Assembly (NCBI GenBank): GCA_002869435.1
Contig: PKSX01000159.1
Coordinates: 1 to 55,559, forward strand
Reading direction: 5' to 3'
Origin: Marinilabiliales bacterium
Lineage (GTDB): Bacteria > Bacteroidota > Bacteroidia > Bacteroidales > DTU049
DNA: 55,559 nucleotides
The notes beneath the pieces are model-generated. The model saw nothing but the letters and a program-made list of their open reading frames with translations, ran no database searches and was not told the DNA's origin. Below, piece after piece: positions 36,118 through 45,230 of the stretch; position 1 is the first letter of the stretch; each line of letters begins with the position of its first letter. The position numbers and the translations under genes were made by a program.

Positions 36118-38493
36118 ATGTGGAATGTACTCATCAAGTACATCTTAAGGAACCGAAATCTTAATCTGACCATCATTGGCGTGTTCACCGCTCTAATGGC
36201 CTTCATGGCTTTACGCGTGCAAATGTCGTATGAATATGCTCAAATGCTGCCTGAATCAGACAGTGTTAATGTTGAATACCGCCAGTTTAAAAAAATGTTT
36301 GGAGAAGAAGGTGCCATTTTTTTTGTTGGATATGACGACACCTTGCTTCGCGATCTGAATACTTTTCATGAGTGGAATGATATCATTGATGAAATAAAAA
36401 ACATTGAAGGTGTTAGCGGCATTTTTCATGTCGGCAATTGTTTTAATCTTGAAAAAGATACAGCCGCTAAGAAGCTATTCACTGCACCGGTTTTTAAGGA
36501 CAGTGTTGAAACACAGAAAGAGCTCGACAGCCTACTCAATATTGCATATTCATTATCATTTTACGAAGAGTTCCTTTTCAATAAAGAAGCCGGTATTGGT
36601 GTATTACTCATATGGATAGATCCCGATTTCCTGAATTCGAGCGACAGAATGAAGCTCATAAAATCGATTAAAAACCCAATTGAGCAATTTGGACAGGAAA
36701 AAGGCATTGAAATGCACTATTCGGGAATGCCCTACATCAGAACTACAATCTCTCAAATGGTTCAGAGAGAGCTTCTGATCTTTATGTTTCTGGCCATGTT
36801 TGTGGCTGCTGCCATTCTCCTGTTCTTCTTCAGATCACTAAAAGCACTTGCTTTTTCCATGATGATTGTAGTAATTGGTGTAATCTGGACCTTAGGATTT
36901 CTATCATTGTTTGGATATGAAATTACTATACTTTCAGGAATTATTCCTCCTATTTTAATTATCATTGGTATAGAAAACTGCATATACCTCATTACGAAAT
37001 ATCATACCGAGTACATAAGTCATGGCAATCAGGCCAAAGCACTGGCAAGGGTGGTGCAAAAGGTCGGATATGCCACGCTCCTGACCAATGTTACCACAGC
37101 TGTCGGGTTTGGCTCATTCATGATTACAGGCAATGCCATATTAATGGAATTTGGAATAATTGCAGCCATTAACATCATTCTGATGTTTGTTTTCACCCTT
37201 ATCCTTATTCCTACCCTCTACAGCTTTTATTCTCCACCATCGGCACGACATACCAAACACCTTACTTTCAAATGGATGAAAAAGGTTTCGGGCAGTATTG
37301 TGGGCATTATTCAATATCACAGACCGAAAGCACTTATAGCAGTAACCGCACTACTTTTAATGAGTGCATACGGGATATACAGACTTGAGAATAAAGGAAG
37401 TATGGTGGATGATATTCCGGTGAATAACAAAATGTACAAAGACCTTAAATTTTTTGAGGAAAACCTGAGTGGTGTATTACCGGTTGAAGTTACCATTGAC
37501 ACTAAAAAACGAAAAGGCCTTTTTTCCATTAGCACCCTGAATAAGATTGACGAGTTTCAGAAAAAGCTGCTTGATTATCCTGAAGTTTCCAAACCATTAT
37601 CGATTGTTGAAGTGGTTAAATTCTCAAAGCAGGCTTTTTATGGTGGTCGTTCGGAAATGTATTCAATGCCAAACCGGCAGGAAAAAGACTTTATTCTTGG
37701 ATATTTACCAGATGTAAAATCAGGAGATAATAATTCTGATATTTTAAATTCATTTGTTGATACAAGTTACCAAACGGCAAGAATAAGCATTAGAATAAAG
37801 AACCTCTATACTCCTGAAATTGCTGAACTCAAAGCAAATCTTCGTGCAGACCTAGATTCCATTTTTCCTACAGACAGATATATTACGCATATTACCGGCT
37901 CAACCATAGTCTTTCAAAAAGGAAGTGAGTATCTTGTTCGCAATCTTATATACAGCTTGCTCCTGGCTATTGGAATTATTTCAGTACTGATGTTCCTAAT
38001 GTTTAACAGTATTCAGATGGTTCTGATCAGCATGGTATCAAACCTGCTTCCGCTTCTTGCGGCAGCCGGCCTTATGGGTTTACTGGGCATCGACCTGAAA
38101 CCCTCTACCATTATTATATACAGTATAGCACTTGGTATTGCTGTAGATGCTGCCATCCATTTATTATCAAGATACCGGCAACAATTGCGCATGACCGACT
38201 GGAACGTGAAAGAATCTATCTTGAAAGCTGTAGGAGAAACTGCAAACGGCATGATTTATTCCGGAATCGTTTTGGTATTTGGTTTTGCAGTATTTATCCT
38301 GAGTGGTTTTGGCGGAACCCAGTCATTGGGATATCTGATCGGTTTCACTCTTTTTGTGGCCATGTTTGCCAACCTTATTATTCTTCCGTCTCTGGTTCTT
38401 TATTTCGATAAAAGAGCCACTACAAAATCATTTGGAAAGCCTGTCTTTGAAATTCTTGATGAAGAAGAGGAAGAAGAAAAAGAAGATAAATAA
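36118..38493 (+). CDS. RND-superfamily MMPL/HpnN-like transporter (sterol-sensing-domain type)
   Basis: ~790 aa. Two 6-TM bundles each follow a large periplasmic loop. 'IIIGIENCIYLITKYHTEY' and 'ALGIAVDAAIHLLSRY' are SSD-like repeats. Acidic tail 'EEEEEEKEDK'. I prefer the start at MWNVLIKY (36118) over 36085. Confidence 0.85.
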   Translation: MWNVLIKYILRNRNLNLTIIGVFTALMAFMALRVQMSYEYAQMLPESDSVNVEYRQFKKMFGEEGAIFFVGYDDTLLRDLNTFHEWNDIIDEIKNIEGVSGIFHVGNCFNLEKDTAAKKLFTAPVFKDSVETQKELDSLLNIAYSLSFYEEFLFNKEAGIGVLLIWIDPDFLNSSDRMKLIKSIKNPIEQFGQEKGIEMHYSGMPYIRTTISQMVQRELLIFMFLAMFVAAAILLFFFRSLKALAFSMMIVVIGVIWTLGFLSLFGYEITILSGIIPPILIIIGIENCIYLITKYHTEYISHGNQAKALARVVQKVGYATLLTNVTTAVGFGSFMITGNAILMEFGIIAAINIILMFVFTLILIPTLYSFYSPPSARHTKHLTFKWMKKVSGSIVGIIQYHRPKALIAVTALLLMSAYGIYRLENKGSMVDDIPVNNKMYKDLKFFEENLSGVLPVEVTIDTKKRKGLFSISTLNKIDEFQKKLLDYPEVSKPLSIVEVVKFSKQAFYGGRSEMYSMPNRQEKDFILGYLPDVKSGDNNSDILNSFVDTSYQTARISIRIKNLYTPEIAELKANLRADLDSIFPTDRYITHITGSTIVFQKGSEYLVRNLIYSLLLAIGIISVLMFLMFNSIQMVLISMVSNLLPLLAAAGLMGLLGIDLKPSTIIIYSIALGIAVDAAIHLLSRYRQQLRMTDWNVKESILKAVGETANGMIYSGIVLVFGFAVFILSGFGGTQSLGYLIGFTLFVAMFANLIILPSLVLYFDKRATTKSFGKPVFEILDEEEEEEKEDK

Positions 38494-38499
38494 AATTCC

Positions 38500-38507
38500 T
38501 ATTTTTG
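38500..38507 (+). promoter_or_regulatory. Bacteroidota -7 box TATTTTTG
   Basis: Exact motif, 19 nt upstream of the rfbA ATG (38527). Confidence 0.4.
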
Positions 38508-38526
38508 TTTTTAGAAATCAGACGCT

Positions 38527-39387
38527 ATGAAAGGAATTGTACTAGCAGGAGGCGCCGGCACACGGTTATATCCTATTACTCTTGCCATGAGCAAGCAGTT
38601 AATGCCGATCTACGATAAACCCATGATTTATTATCCGCTGTCAGTTTTATTGATGGCCGGAATCAAAGATATTCTGATTATATCCACTCCTCATGATTTG
38701 CCAAAATTCGAGCATCTGCTTGGCGACGGGAAACGAATAGGGTGCAATTTCTCTTATGTGGAGCAAAAAGTTCCCAACGGACTTGCCCAAGCCTTTATTC
38801 TAGGAGAAGATTTTATTGGAGATGACAAGGTTGCATTGGTTTTGGGAGACAATATATTTTATGCAAACGGGCTTCAGAATTTACTTCAGGAAAATAATGA
38901 TCCGGATGGAGGAGTAGTTTTCGCATACCATGTAAGTGATCCTGAGAGATATGGTGTGGTTGAGTTTGATGATAACATGAAAGCAATCTCCATTGAAGAA
39001 AAACCTGCAAATCCAAAATCAAATTATGCAGTACCAGGGCTATATTTTTATGATAATTCAGTAATTGAAGTTGCAAAAAATATTAAGCCCAGCCCCCGCG
39101 GTGAATATGAGATTACTGATGTTAACAAGCATTACCTGAACAAGGGGAAACTTAAGGTTGGAGTTCTCAACCGGGGAACGGCATGGCTTGATACCGGAAC
39201 TTTTAATTCTTTGCTTCAAGCCAGTCAGTTTGTTGAAGTTATTGAAAGCAGACAAGGACTTAAAATTGGATGCATAGAAGAAATTGCATTCAGACAGGGC
39301 TTTATAAATGCGGATCAACTCAGGGAAATAGCAGAGCCCTTGCTTAAAAGCGGTTATGGCGAATATTTACTCTCATTAATCAAATAG
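38527..39387 (+). CDS. rfbA: Glucose-1-phosphate thymidylyltransferase
   Basis: 286 aa. '[17 protein letters not shown]', '[11 protein letters not shown]' and 'LGDNIFY'. Confidence 0.95.
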   Translation: MKGIVLAGGAGTRLYPITLAMSKQLMPIYDKPMIYYPLSVLLMAGIKDILIISTPHDLPKFEHLLGDGKRIGCNFSYVEQKVPNGLAQAFILGEDFIGDDKVALVLGDNIFYANGLQNLLQENNDPDGGVVFAYHVSDPERYGVVEFDDNMKAISIEEKPANPKSNYAVPGLYFYDNSVIEVAKNIKPSPRGEYEITDVNKHYLNKGKLKVGVLNRGTAWLDTGTFNSLLQASQFVEVIESRQGLKIGCIEEIAFRQGFINADQLREIAEPLLKSGYGEYLLSLIK

Positions 39388-39390
39388 CGT

Positions 39391-40338
39391 ATGATTAAGA
39401 TTTTACTAACTGGCGGGGCAGGATTTATTGGCAGCAGTATGGTTGAACGACTTCTGGAAAATCCCGATGTCTTTGTTGTTGTGGTTGATGATCTGTCAAC
39501 CGGATCCTTGGACAAACTTCCTGAGAAACATACAGATCGTTATAAATTCATTAAATGTAACGTAAACGATTACAGAGATATTTCTGAAGTATTTTTCAGT
39601 TTTCATTTTGATTATGTATTTCACTATGCAGCTGTTGTTGGTGTTCAGCGCACATTAAAAAACCCGGTAATGGTGCTTCGCGATTTGCACAGCATCGAAA
39701 ACATTCTTAACCTGTCTAAAAACTCAAGTGTTAAGCGTGTATTTTTCAGCAGCAGTTCAGAAGTGTATGGTGAGCCGGTTGAATTTCCACAGAATGAGAG
39801 CACCACCCCCCTGAATTCAAAACTGCCTTATGCCATCGTGAAAAATGCTTCTGAAGCCTTTCTCAAATCATATTATCAGGAATTCGGACTGAATTATACC
39901 ATATTCAGATTTTTTAATACATATGGTCCTAAACAAAGCAAAGATTTTGTTATCAGTCGTTTTATTAATCTTGCTGCCAACAACCGAAATCTAACCATCT
40001 ATGGTGATGGAAGTCAAACCAGAACATTCTGCTATGTAAATGACAATGTTGATGCCTGTTATAATTGTTTTGAACAACATCTGAATGAAGACAATAATAA
40101 GCAGGAAGTATTTAATATTGGAAATGACAATGAGACAGCCATCATTGATCTTGCAAAAACCATTATTAAAGTCACCGGATCCACATCAGAAATCAAACAT
40201 ACATCTGCCTTAAAAGAAGGAGATATGAAAAGAAGGCTGCCCGATATCAGCAAAATGAAAAAACTACTGGACAGACCGCTCATGCCGCTAGAAGAAGGAA
40301 TTAAAATTATTCTTGACAACAGTAAATATATTTTATAA
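39391..40338 (+). CDS. NAD-dependent epimerase/dehydratase family protein (UDP-glucuronate decarboxylase-like extended SDR)
   Basis: 315 aa. 'LTGGAGFIGS', 'SSSEVYG' and a catalytic 'YAIVK' (YxxxK). Confidence 0.85.
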   Translation: MIKILLTGGAGFIGSSMVERLLENPDVFVVVVDDLSTGSLDKLPEKHTDRYKFIKCNVNDYRDISEVFFSFHFDYVFHYAAVVGVQRTLKNPVMVLRDLHSIENILNLSKNSSVKRVFFSSSSEVYGEPVEFPQNESTTPLNSKLPYAIVKNASEAFLKSYYQEFGLNYTIFRFFNTYGPKQSKDFVISRFINLAANNRNLTIYGDGSQTRTFCYVNDNVDACYNCFEQHLNEDNNKQEVFNIGNDNETAIIDLAKTIIKVTGSTSEIKHTSALKEGDMKRRLPDISKMKKLLDRPLMPLEEGIKIILDNSKYIL

Positions 40339-41312
40339 TGGAACTTATTAAGAAATACCAGGATATATTTTGCGGGAAGTTCAACAGTTTAAAATTCCTG
40401 AAAGACCCACCTGAACTTTACGAACCTATCGATTATGCACTCTCTGCCGGAGGAAAAAGAATTCGCCCGGTATTAACAGTAATGATTTGTGATTTTTTCG
40501 GGAATAACTTTGAAGATGCACTAAACCCGGCTATTGCCATTGAAATATTTCACAATTTCACACTCGTTCACGATGATATTATGGATGATGCCCCAATCAG
40601 AAGGGGAAAATCAACTGTTTACAAGAAATACGATATTAACACAGCCATTCTGTCGGGCGACACCATGTTTGCCAAAGCTTATGAATTTGTTACCCTTACC
40701 CGCGAAGATAAACTCCCGGCTGTGCTTAAAGTATTTACCAAAACTGCAATGGAAGTATGTGAAGGGCAGCAATACGATATGAATTTTGAGACGCAGCAGG
40801 ATGTTTCTCTTGAAGAATACCTGCTCATGATTAAGCTCAAAACAGCCGTTCTGATGGGTGCCAGTTTAAAAATCGGAGCCATAATGGGTGGTGCAAATGA
40901 AGAGCAGTCAAGTCTCATTTTTGAATTTGGAGAGGAAGTGGGTATGGTATTTCAACTTCAGGATGATCTCCTGGACACTTTTGGCGACGAGTCTACATTT
41001 GGCAAAAGAGTAGGAGGTGACATACTCGATTGCAAAAAGACCTATCTCTATGTGAAAGCCATGGAGAAACTCAGCACAGAAAAAAGTGAATTACTTTTAA
41101 AGGTATACCACGACAAAAACATGAGCGAGGACCTTAAAATCAGCAAAGTACAAGAACTTTTCCGCGAAGCCGGTGTGATTGAAGATTGTAAAGTACTCAT
41201 GAACAAGCACCATGTTAACAGCATGAAAGCACTGGAGAGCATAAACCTTAAGCCCGAATACAAACAGGTTTTAAGCAATTTTGCGGAGTCGTTGCTGGTG
41301 AGGGATTTTTAG
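40338..41312 (+). CDS. Polyprenyl diphosphate synthase (trans-isoprenyl, GGPP/FPP synthase family)
   Basis: 324 aa. First Asp-rich motif 'LVHDDIMDD' and second 'QLQDDLLD'. The start overlaps the upstream stop (TAATG). Confidence 0.9.
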   Translation: MELIKKYQDIFCGKFNSLKFLKDPPELYEPIDYALSAGGKRIRPVLTVMICDFFGNNFEDALNPAIAIEIFHNFTLVHDDIMDDAPIRRGKSTVYKKYDINTAILSGDTMFAKAYEFVTLTREDKLPAVLKVFTKTAMEVCEGQQYDMNFETQQDVSLEEYLLMIKLKTAVLMGASLKIGAIMGGANEEQSSLIFEFGEEVGMVFQLQDDLLDTFGDESTFGKRVGGDILDCKKTYLYVKAMEKLSTEKSELLLKVYHDKNMSEDLKISKVQELFREAGVIEDCKVLMNKHHVNSMKALESINLKPEYKQVLSNFAESLLVRDF

Positions 41313-41818
41313 TTTAGATCCGGTTCAAAATCCAACGAAACCGAATTCATACAATACCTTTTATGGGTAGGTGGCGGACCATCGTCAAAAACATGCCCAA
41401 GATGAGAATCACATCGTCCGCAAAGAACTTCTGTGCGCATCATTCCGTGTGAATAATCAGCTTTATAAATTACACTGCCGGCTCTTTCTGCCTCGAAAAA
41501 ACTGGGCCAGCCGCATGAACTGGCAAATTTAGCATCGGATCGAAATAGTTTATTGCCGCAAACCGCACAATAATATGTTCCTTTTACATCGTGCTCGTAA
41601 TACTCACCGGTAAACGCTCGCTCGGTTCCCGCCTCACGGGCTACACGATATAGATCTGCAGGTAGAATTTTCCGCCACTCTTCATTACTTACATTAAGCT
41701 TGCTTGTATCGGTTCTGGAATAATATGGATTTTCTGACTTCATTTCATTTCTGTTTTCCTGAGTTCGGCCGCATGAAGTAAAAACAATTACAGCGAGCAG
41801 CACCAATATTACTTTCAT
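41309..41818 (-). CDS. msrB: Peptide-methionine (R)-S-oxide reductase MsrB, lipoprotein form
   Basis: 169 aa. Lipobox 'VFTSC'. Zn Cys pairs 'CAVCGNKLF' and 'CGRCDSHLGHVF'. Catalytic 'RYCMNS'. Confidence 0.93.
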   Translation of the reverse strand: MKVILVLLAVIVFTSCGRTQENRNEMKSENPYYSRTDTSKLNVSNEEWRKILPADLYRVAREAGTERAFTGEYYEHDVKGTYYCAVCGNKLFRSDAKFASSCGWPSFFEAERAGSVIYKADYSHGMMRTEVLCGRCDSHLGHVFDDGPPPTHKRYCMNSVSLDFEPDLN

Positions 41819-41824
41819 AATTTA

Positions 41825-42466
41825 TTACTCCTTCAAATGGTCTTTAAATACCTCCCTGAATTTTTCCAGTTTAGGTTTAATTACAATCTGGCAATAGCCC
41901 TGATAGGGATTTTTTTCATAATAATCCTGATGGTAGTTTTCGGCCTTATAAAACACATTAAAAGCCGTAACTTCTGTTACAATTGGATCAGGATATGCTT
42001 TTTCTTCATTCAGTTTATAAATATAGTATTCGGCCAATTCTTTCTGTTCCACATTGTGGTAAAAAATAGCCGAACGATATTGTGTTCCAATATCGGCTCC
42101 CTGTCTGTTCAGTTGTGTGGGGTCATGCGCCTGAAAAAAAGCGGAAAGCAGAAAATCATAACTCACCTCATCCGGATTGTAGATTACATTTATGGCTTCT
42201 GCATGGCCAGTTTCTCCCGAAACCACATCTTCATAACTGGGATTCTCAAGTGCACCTCCGGTATAACCCGAAATCACTTCTACAACTCCTTTTAACTGGC
42301 GAAACTGTTCTTCAACGCACCAGAAACATCCTGCTGCAAACGTTGCCGTATCGGTTTTCATCTCTTTCATCTTGTCAAAGTCTTTGTTTTCCGGATTTTG
42401 CCCATTACATGAACTGAAGCCAAAAGCCATCATAAATATAAGCAATATGTAGATCCGGGTAATCAT
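41825..42466 (-). CDS. msrA: Peptide-methionine (S)-S-oxide reductase MsrA, lipoprotein form
   Basis: 213 aa. Lipobox 'GFSSC' and active site 'GCFWCVE'. Confidence 0.93.
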   Translation of the reverse strand: MITRIYILLIFMMAFGFSSCNGQNPENKDFDKMKEMKTDTATFAAGCFWCVEEQFRQLKGVVEVISGYTGGALENPSYEDVVSGETGHAEAINVIYNPDEVSYDFLLSAFFQAHDPTQLNRQGADIGTQYRSAIFYHNVEQKELAEYYIYKLNEEKAYPDPIVTEVTAFNVFYKAENYHQDYYEKNPYQGYCQIVIKPKLEKFREVFKDHLKE

Positions 42467-42832
42467 TAGTATGTTTTTTCAAAAATCTAATACATTTAGA
42501 TTTTTACATACCAAAGATACGCACCAAAGCTACAAATGACAAGCGTTTGTGACAATTATCAGGATCAAAAAAGCAAATGGGAGAATAATTGGTTTGGTTA
42601 AACCCAAATAAATATTTCAAAGATCAAACTTTGAAACAGGTGTACTGTTTTAAACTATTGTGCAGTTTGCTATTTCATTATTATTTATTAAATATCAGAA
42701 TATTAACACTTTAATTGTTTTGTCACAAAATTGATACCTGCTCAAATTTTGCACCAAAACATATTTATTCATGAATAATAGCCTCACAATATCAAGCGAA
42801 GCTTTACAGTGTTAAGGTGGACATCAACAAGA

Positions 42833-43294
42833 TTATTCTATGATGTTTATCTCTCCTCCACCCCATGGAAGATTCATTTTTATATGGAGAATGCTCATAC
42901 CATGTTCAGCAGAATCATCTTTTTCGATTTTAATGACATAAGTGCCATTCTGGTTTTCAATCTCAACCTCGGCTTCCGAATCCGACAAGTCATTAATCTC
43001 AATATCACTTTCATTGATAAAATTATATGGCGGAGGGAAACTAAATCCCGTTGATCCGTCAGACTCAATTTTATTCTTCACATAAGTATTGTGATGTAAA
43101 ACATTCCATTCTGAGAGCGATTTAGTATCCTTAACACTTGTCTTATCTTTGGTAATAAAGTCAATGTTACAGCCAAAATCATCGTAATCTTCCGGCTTCT
43201 CATAATTATTATCCAAAGCATATTTCACGCAATTTATCATATCAACACCGCGTGTATACTCCATAAGAAATTCAATAATCATTTTTTCTTCCAT
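42833..43294 (-). CDS. Orphan acidic hypothetical protein in an AT-rich islet
   Basis: 153-aa ORF with protein-like composition ('...LSEWNVLHHNTYVKNKIESDGSTGFSFPPPYNF...MNLPWGGGEINIIE'). No signal peptide and no family that I recognise. Flanked by ~370-bp non-coding AT-rich DNA on both sides. Confidence 0.45.
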   Translation of the reverse strand: MEEKMIIEFLMEYTRGVDMINCVKYALDNNYEKPEDYDDFGCNIDFITKDKTSVKDTKSLSEWNVLHHNTYVKNKIESDGSTGFSFPPPYNFINESDIEINDLSDSEAEVEIENQNGTYVIKIEKDDSAEHGMSILHIKMNLPWGGGEINIIE

Positions 43295-43675
43295 ATCCGT
43301 AAATTTAATATCAGTCTCAAAATATGGCTATATTTTAAATAATAAAAAACTGTTTTAAGATGTAACCATATTTGGAGTCTTGTAATCCAAAGATAAAAAA
43401 TTAAATTAATATTCTTTATTGTCTGGGTCAAACAAATTAATTCATTGAGGTGTTCAAATAAATTCTTATGCAAAAGTCTAAAAATGACTTTACAACATTG
43501 AATCGTTGCGAAGCATGAGCAACACTTATGTAATTTTATTAATACAGAACACTTTTTTCGACTTGTAAAGATACAAAAATACAATAATTGTACTGATTGA
43601 GAATCTAAACTAGTGGTCATTATTAAACACCTGCATTTCCCCTCAAATTTGTACTTTTACACAAAATTTCAAAGG

Positions 43676-45199
43676 ATGATCAGAGTAAGATTTGCACCAA
43701 GTCCAACAGGACCATTACATATTGGCGGAGTAAGAACTGCGCTTTACAATTACTTTTTTGCTAAAAAACAAGGCGGAAAGCTGATTCTTCGTATTGAAGA
43801 CACCGATCAGACCCGTTTTGTGGAAGGCGCTGAAAACTACATACAGGAAAGTCTGGAGTGGTCGGGCATTCACTTTGATGAAGGTCCAAAACAAGGTGGA
43901 GAATTTGGCCCCTACCGTCAAAGCGAACGCAAAAACCTCTATCGTCAATATGCCGATCAGCTAATTAATGATGGTTACGCATATTATGCCTTTGATACTG
44001 CTGAAGAATTGCAGAAAATGCGCGAAACAGAAGAAGCTGCAGGGCATAAATTTCAATACGATTCAAAACACCGTAAGAACCTCAAAAACTCGCTTCGCCT
44101 TTCTAAAGATGAAGTGCAAGACAAACTGGATGCCGGCAAACCATATACCATACGTCTTCTTTTTCCTGAAGATGAAGAGATCGTTTTCACTGATGTGATC
44201 CGCGGCGAAGTGAAGGTTCATAGTTCCAACATGGACGATAAGGTCATTTTCAAAAGCGACGGCATGCCAACCTACCATCTCGCCAATATTGTAGATGACC
44301 ATTTAATGGAAATCACCCACGTAATCCGTGGTGAAGAATGGCTGCCCTCTGCCCCGCTCCATGTACTTCTTTATCGCTATCTTGGATGGGATGCCCCGGA
44401 ATTTGCACATCTTCCGCTGCTACTGAAACCAGATGGAAAAGGCAAACTTAGCAAACGCGATGGCGACCGTCTTGGATTCCCTGTGTTTCCCATGGAATGG
44501 ACAGACCCGAAAACCGGAGAAATTTCAAGTGGCTATAAAGAAAGTGGTTATTTTCCTGAAGCCTTTGTCAATATGCTGGCTTTTCTGGGCTGGAATCCCG
44601 GTGATGAGCGCGAGATCATGAGTATGGATCAAATGACTGAAGCCTTCAGCCTTGATCGTTGCAGCAAAAGTGGTGCACGATTTGATGCAGACAAAGCCAA
44701 ATGGTTTAACCATGAGTATTTGCAGCAATATCCGATGGACAAGCTTGTGACTGCTTTCAAGGAACTGCTTAAAAAAGAGACCATTGAAGAGGTCTGCGAT
44801 GACTATATTGAAAAAGTCATAAAAGCCATAAAAGATCGTGCAAATTTTGTTCAGGATCTCATCAATAGCGGCCTGTATTTTTTCAAACATCCGGAAAGCT
44901 ATGAAGAAAAAGCCGTGAAAAAACACTGGCGTGAAAATAGTGCATCACATATTGGGCTTATCGCTGATGAATTTGAAAAATGCGAAGGCTGGAATTCAGA
45001 GAACCTGGAAGACATCGTTAAAACTCAGATTGAAAAGCACGAAATGGCCGGAGGCAAGATCTTCAATGGAATTCGTCTGCTTATGGTAGGTGCATCCAGC
45101 GGGCCTCATCTTTTCGACATACTTGAAATTCTTGGCAAAGAAGAGAGTATCATCCGTTTAAGAAATGGGATTGAAAGGCTAAGGTCATTGAATCAATAA
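43676..45199 (+). CDS. gltX: Glutamate--tRNA ligase
   Basis: Starts 'MIRVRFAPSPTGPLHIGGVRTALYNY' (HIGH motif) and has 'KLSKR' (KMSKS). The ORF-track upstream extension (43613) is not conserved-looking. Confidence 0.96.
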   Translation: MIRVRFAPSPTGPLHIGGVRTALYNYFFAKKQGGKLILRIEDTDQTRFVEGAENYIQESLEWSGIHFDEGPKQGGEFGPYRQSERKNLYRQYADQLINDGYAYYAFDTAEELQKMRETEEAAGHKFQYDSKHRKNLKNSLRLSKDEVQDKLDAGKPYTIRLLFPEDEEIVFTDVIRGEVKVHSSNMDDKVIFKSDGMPTYHLANIVDDHLMEITHVIRGEEWLPSAPLHVLLYRYLGWDAPEFAHLPLLLKPDGKGKLSKRDGDRLGFPVFPMEWTDPKTGEISSGYKESGYFPEAFVNMLAFLGWNPGDEREIMSMDQMTEAFSLDRCSKSGARFDADKAKWFNHEYLQQYPMDKLVTAFKELLKKETIEEVCDDYIEKVIKAIKDRANFVQDLINSGLYFFKHPESYEEKAVKKHWRENSASHIGLIADEFEKCEGWNSENLEDIVKTQIEKHEMAGGKIFNGIRLLMVGASSGPHLFDILEILGKEESIIRLRNGIERLRSLNQ

Positions 45200-45206
45200 A
45201 AAAAGG

Positions 45207-45214
45207 TATTTTTG
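45207..45214 (+). promoter_or_regulatory. Bacteroidota -7 box TATTTTTG
   Basis: Exact motif, 16 nt upstream of the ATG at 45231. Confidence 0.4.
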
Positions 45215-45230
45215 CTAAAAATAATCAAGC

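Noticed and set aside
42548-42563. CRP/FNR-like half-palindrome TGTGA-N6-TCAGG upstream of msrA.
   Set aside because: Only one good half-site is present, and in AT-rich DNA such partial matches are expected by chance.
43279-43620. 113-aa minus-strand ORF upstream of the orphan gene.
   Set aside because: Its composition (Leu/Ile/Lys/Cys/Phe-rich, no motifs) is what random AT-rich DNA yields. It occupies what looks like the gltX/orphan promoter region.
5371-43675. N-terminal extensions in the ORF track: fabI from 5371, CaCA from 10306, gcvP from TTG 16999, T9SS cargo from 32688, RND from 36085 and gltX from 43613.
   Set aside because: The extensions overlap upstream genes or promoter motifs, lack conservation-like sequence, and precede obvious canonical N-termini (e.g. 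MIRVRFAPSPTG for gltX).
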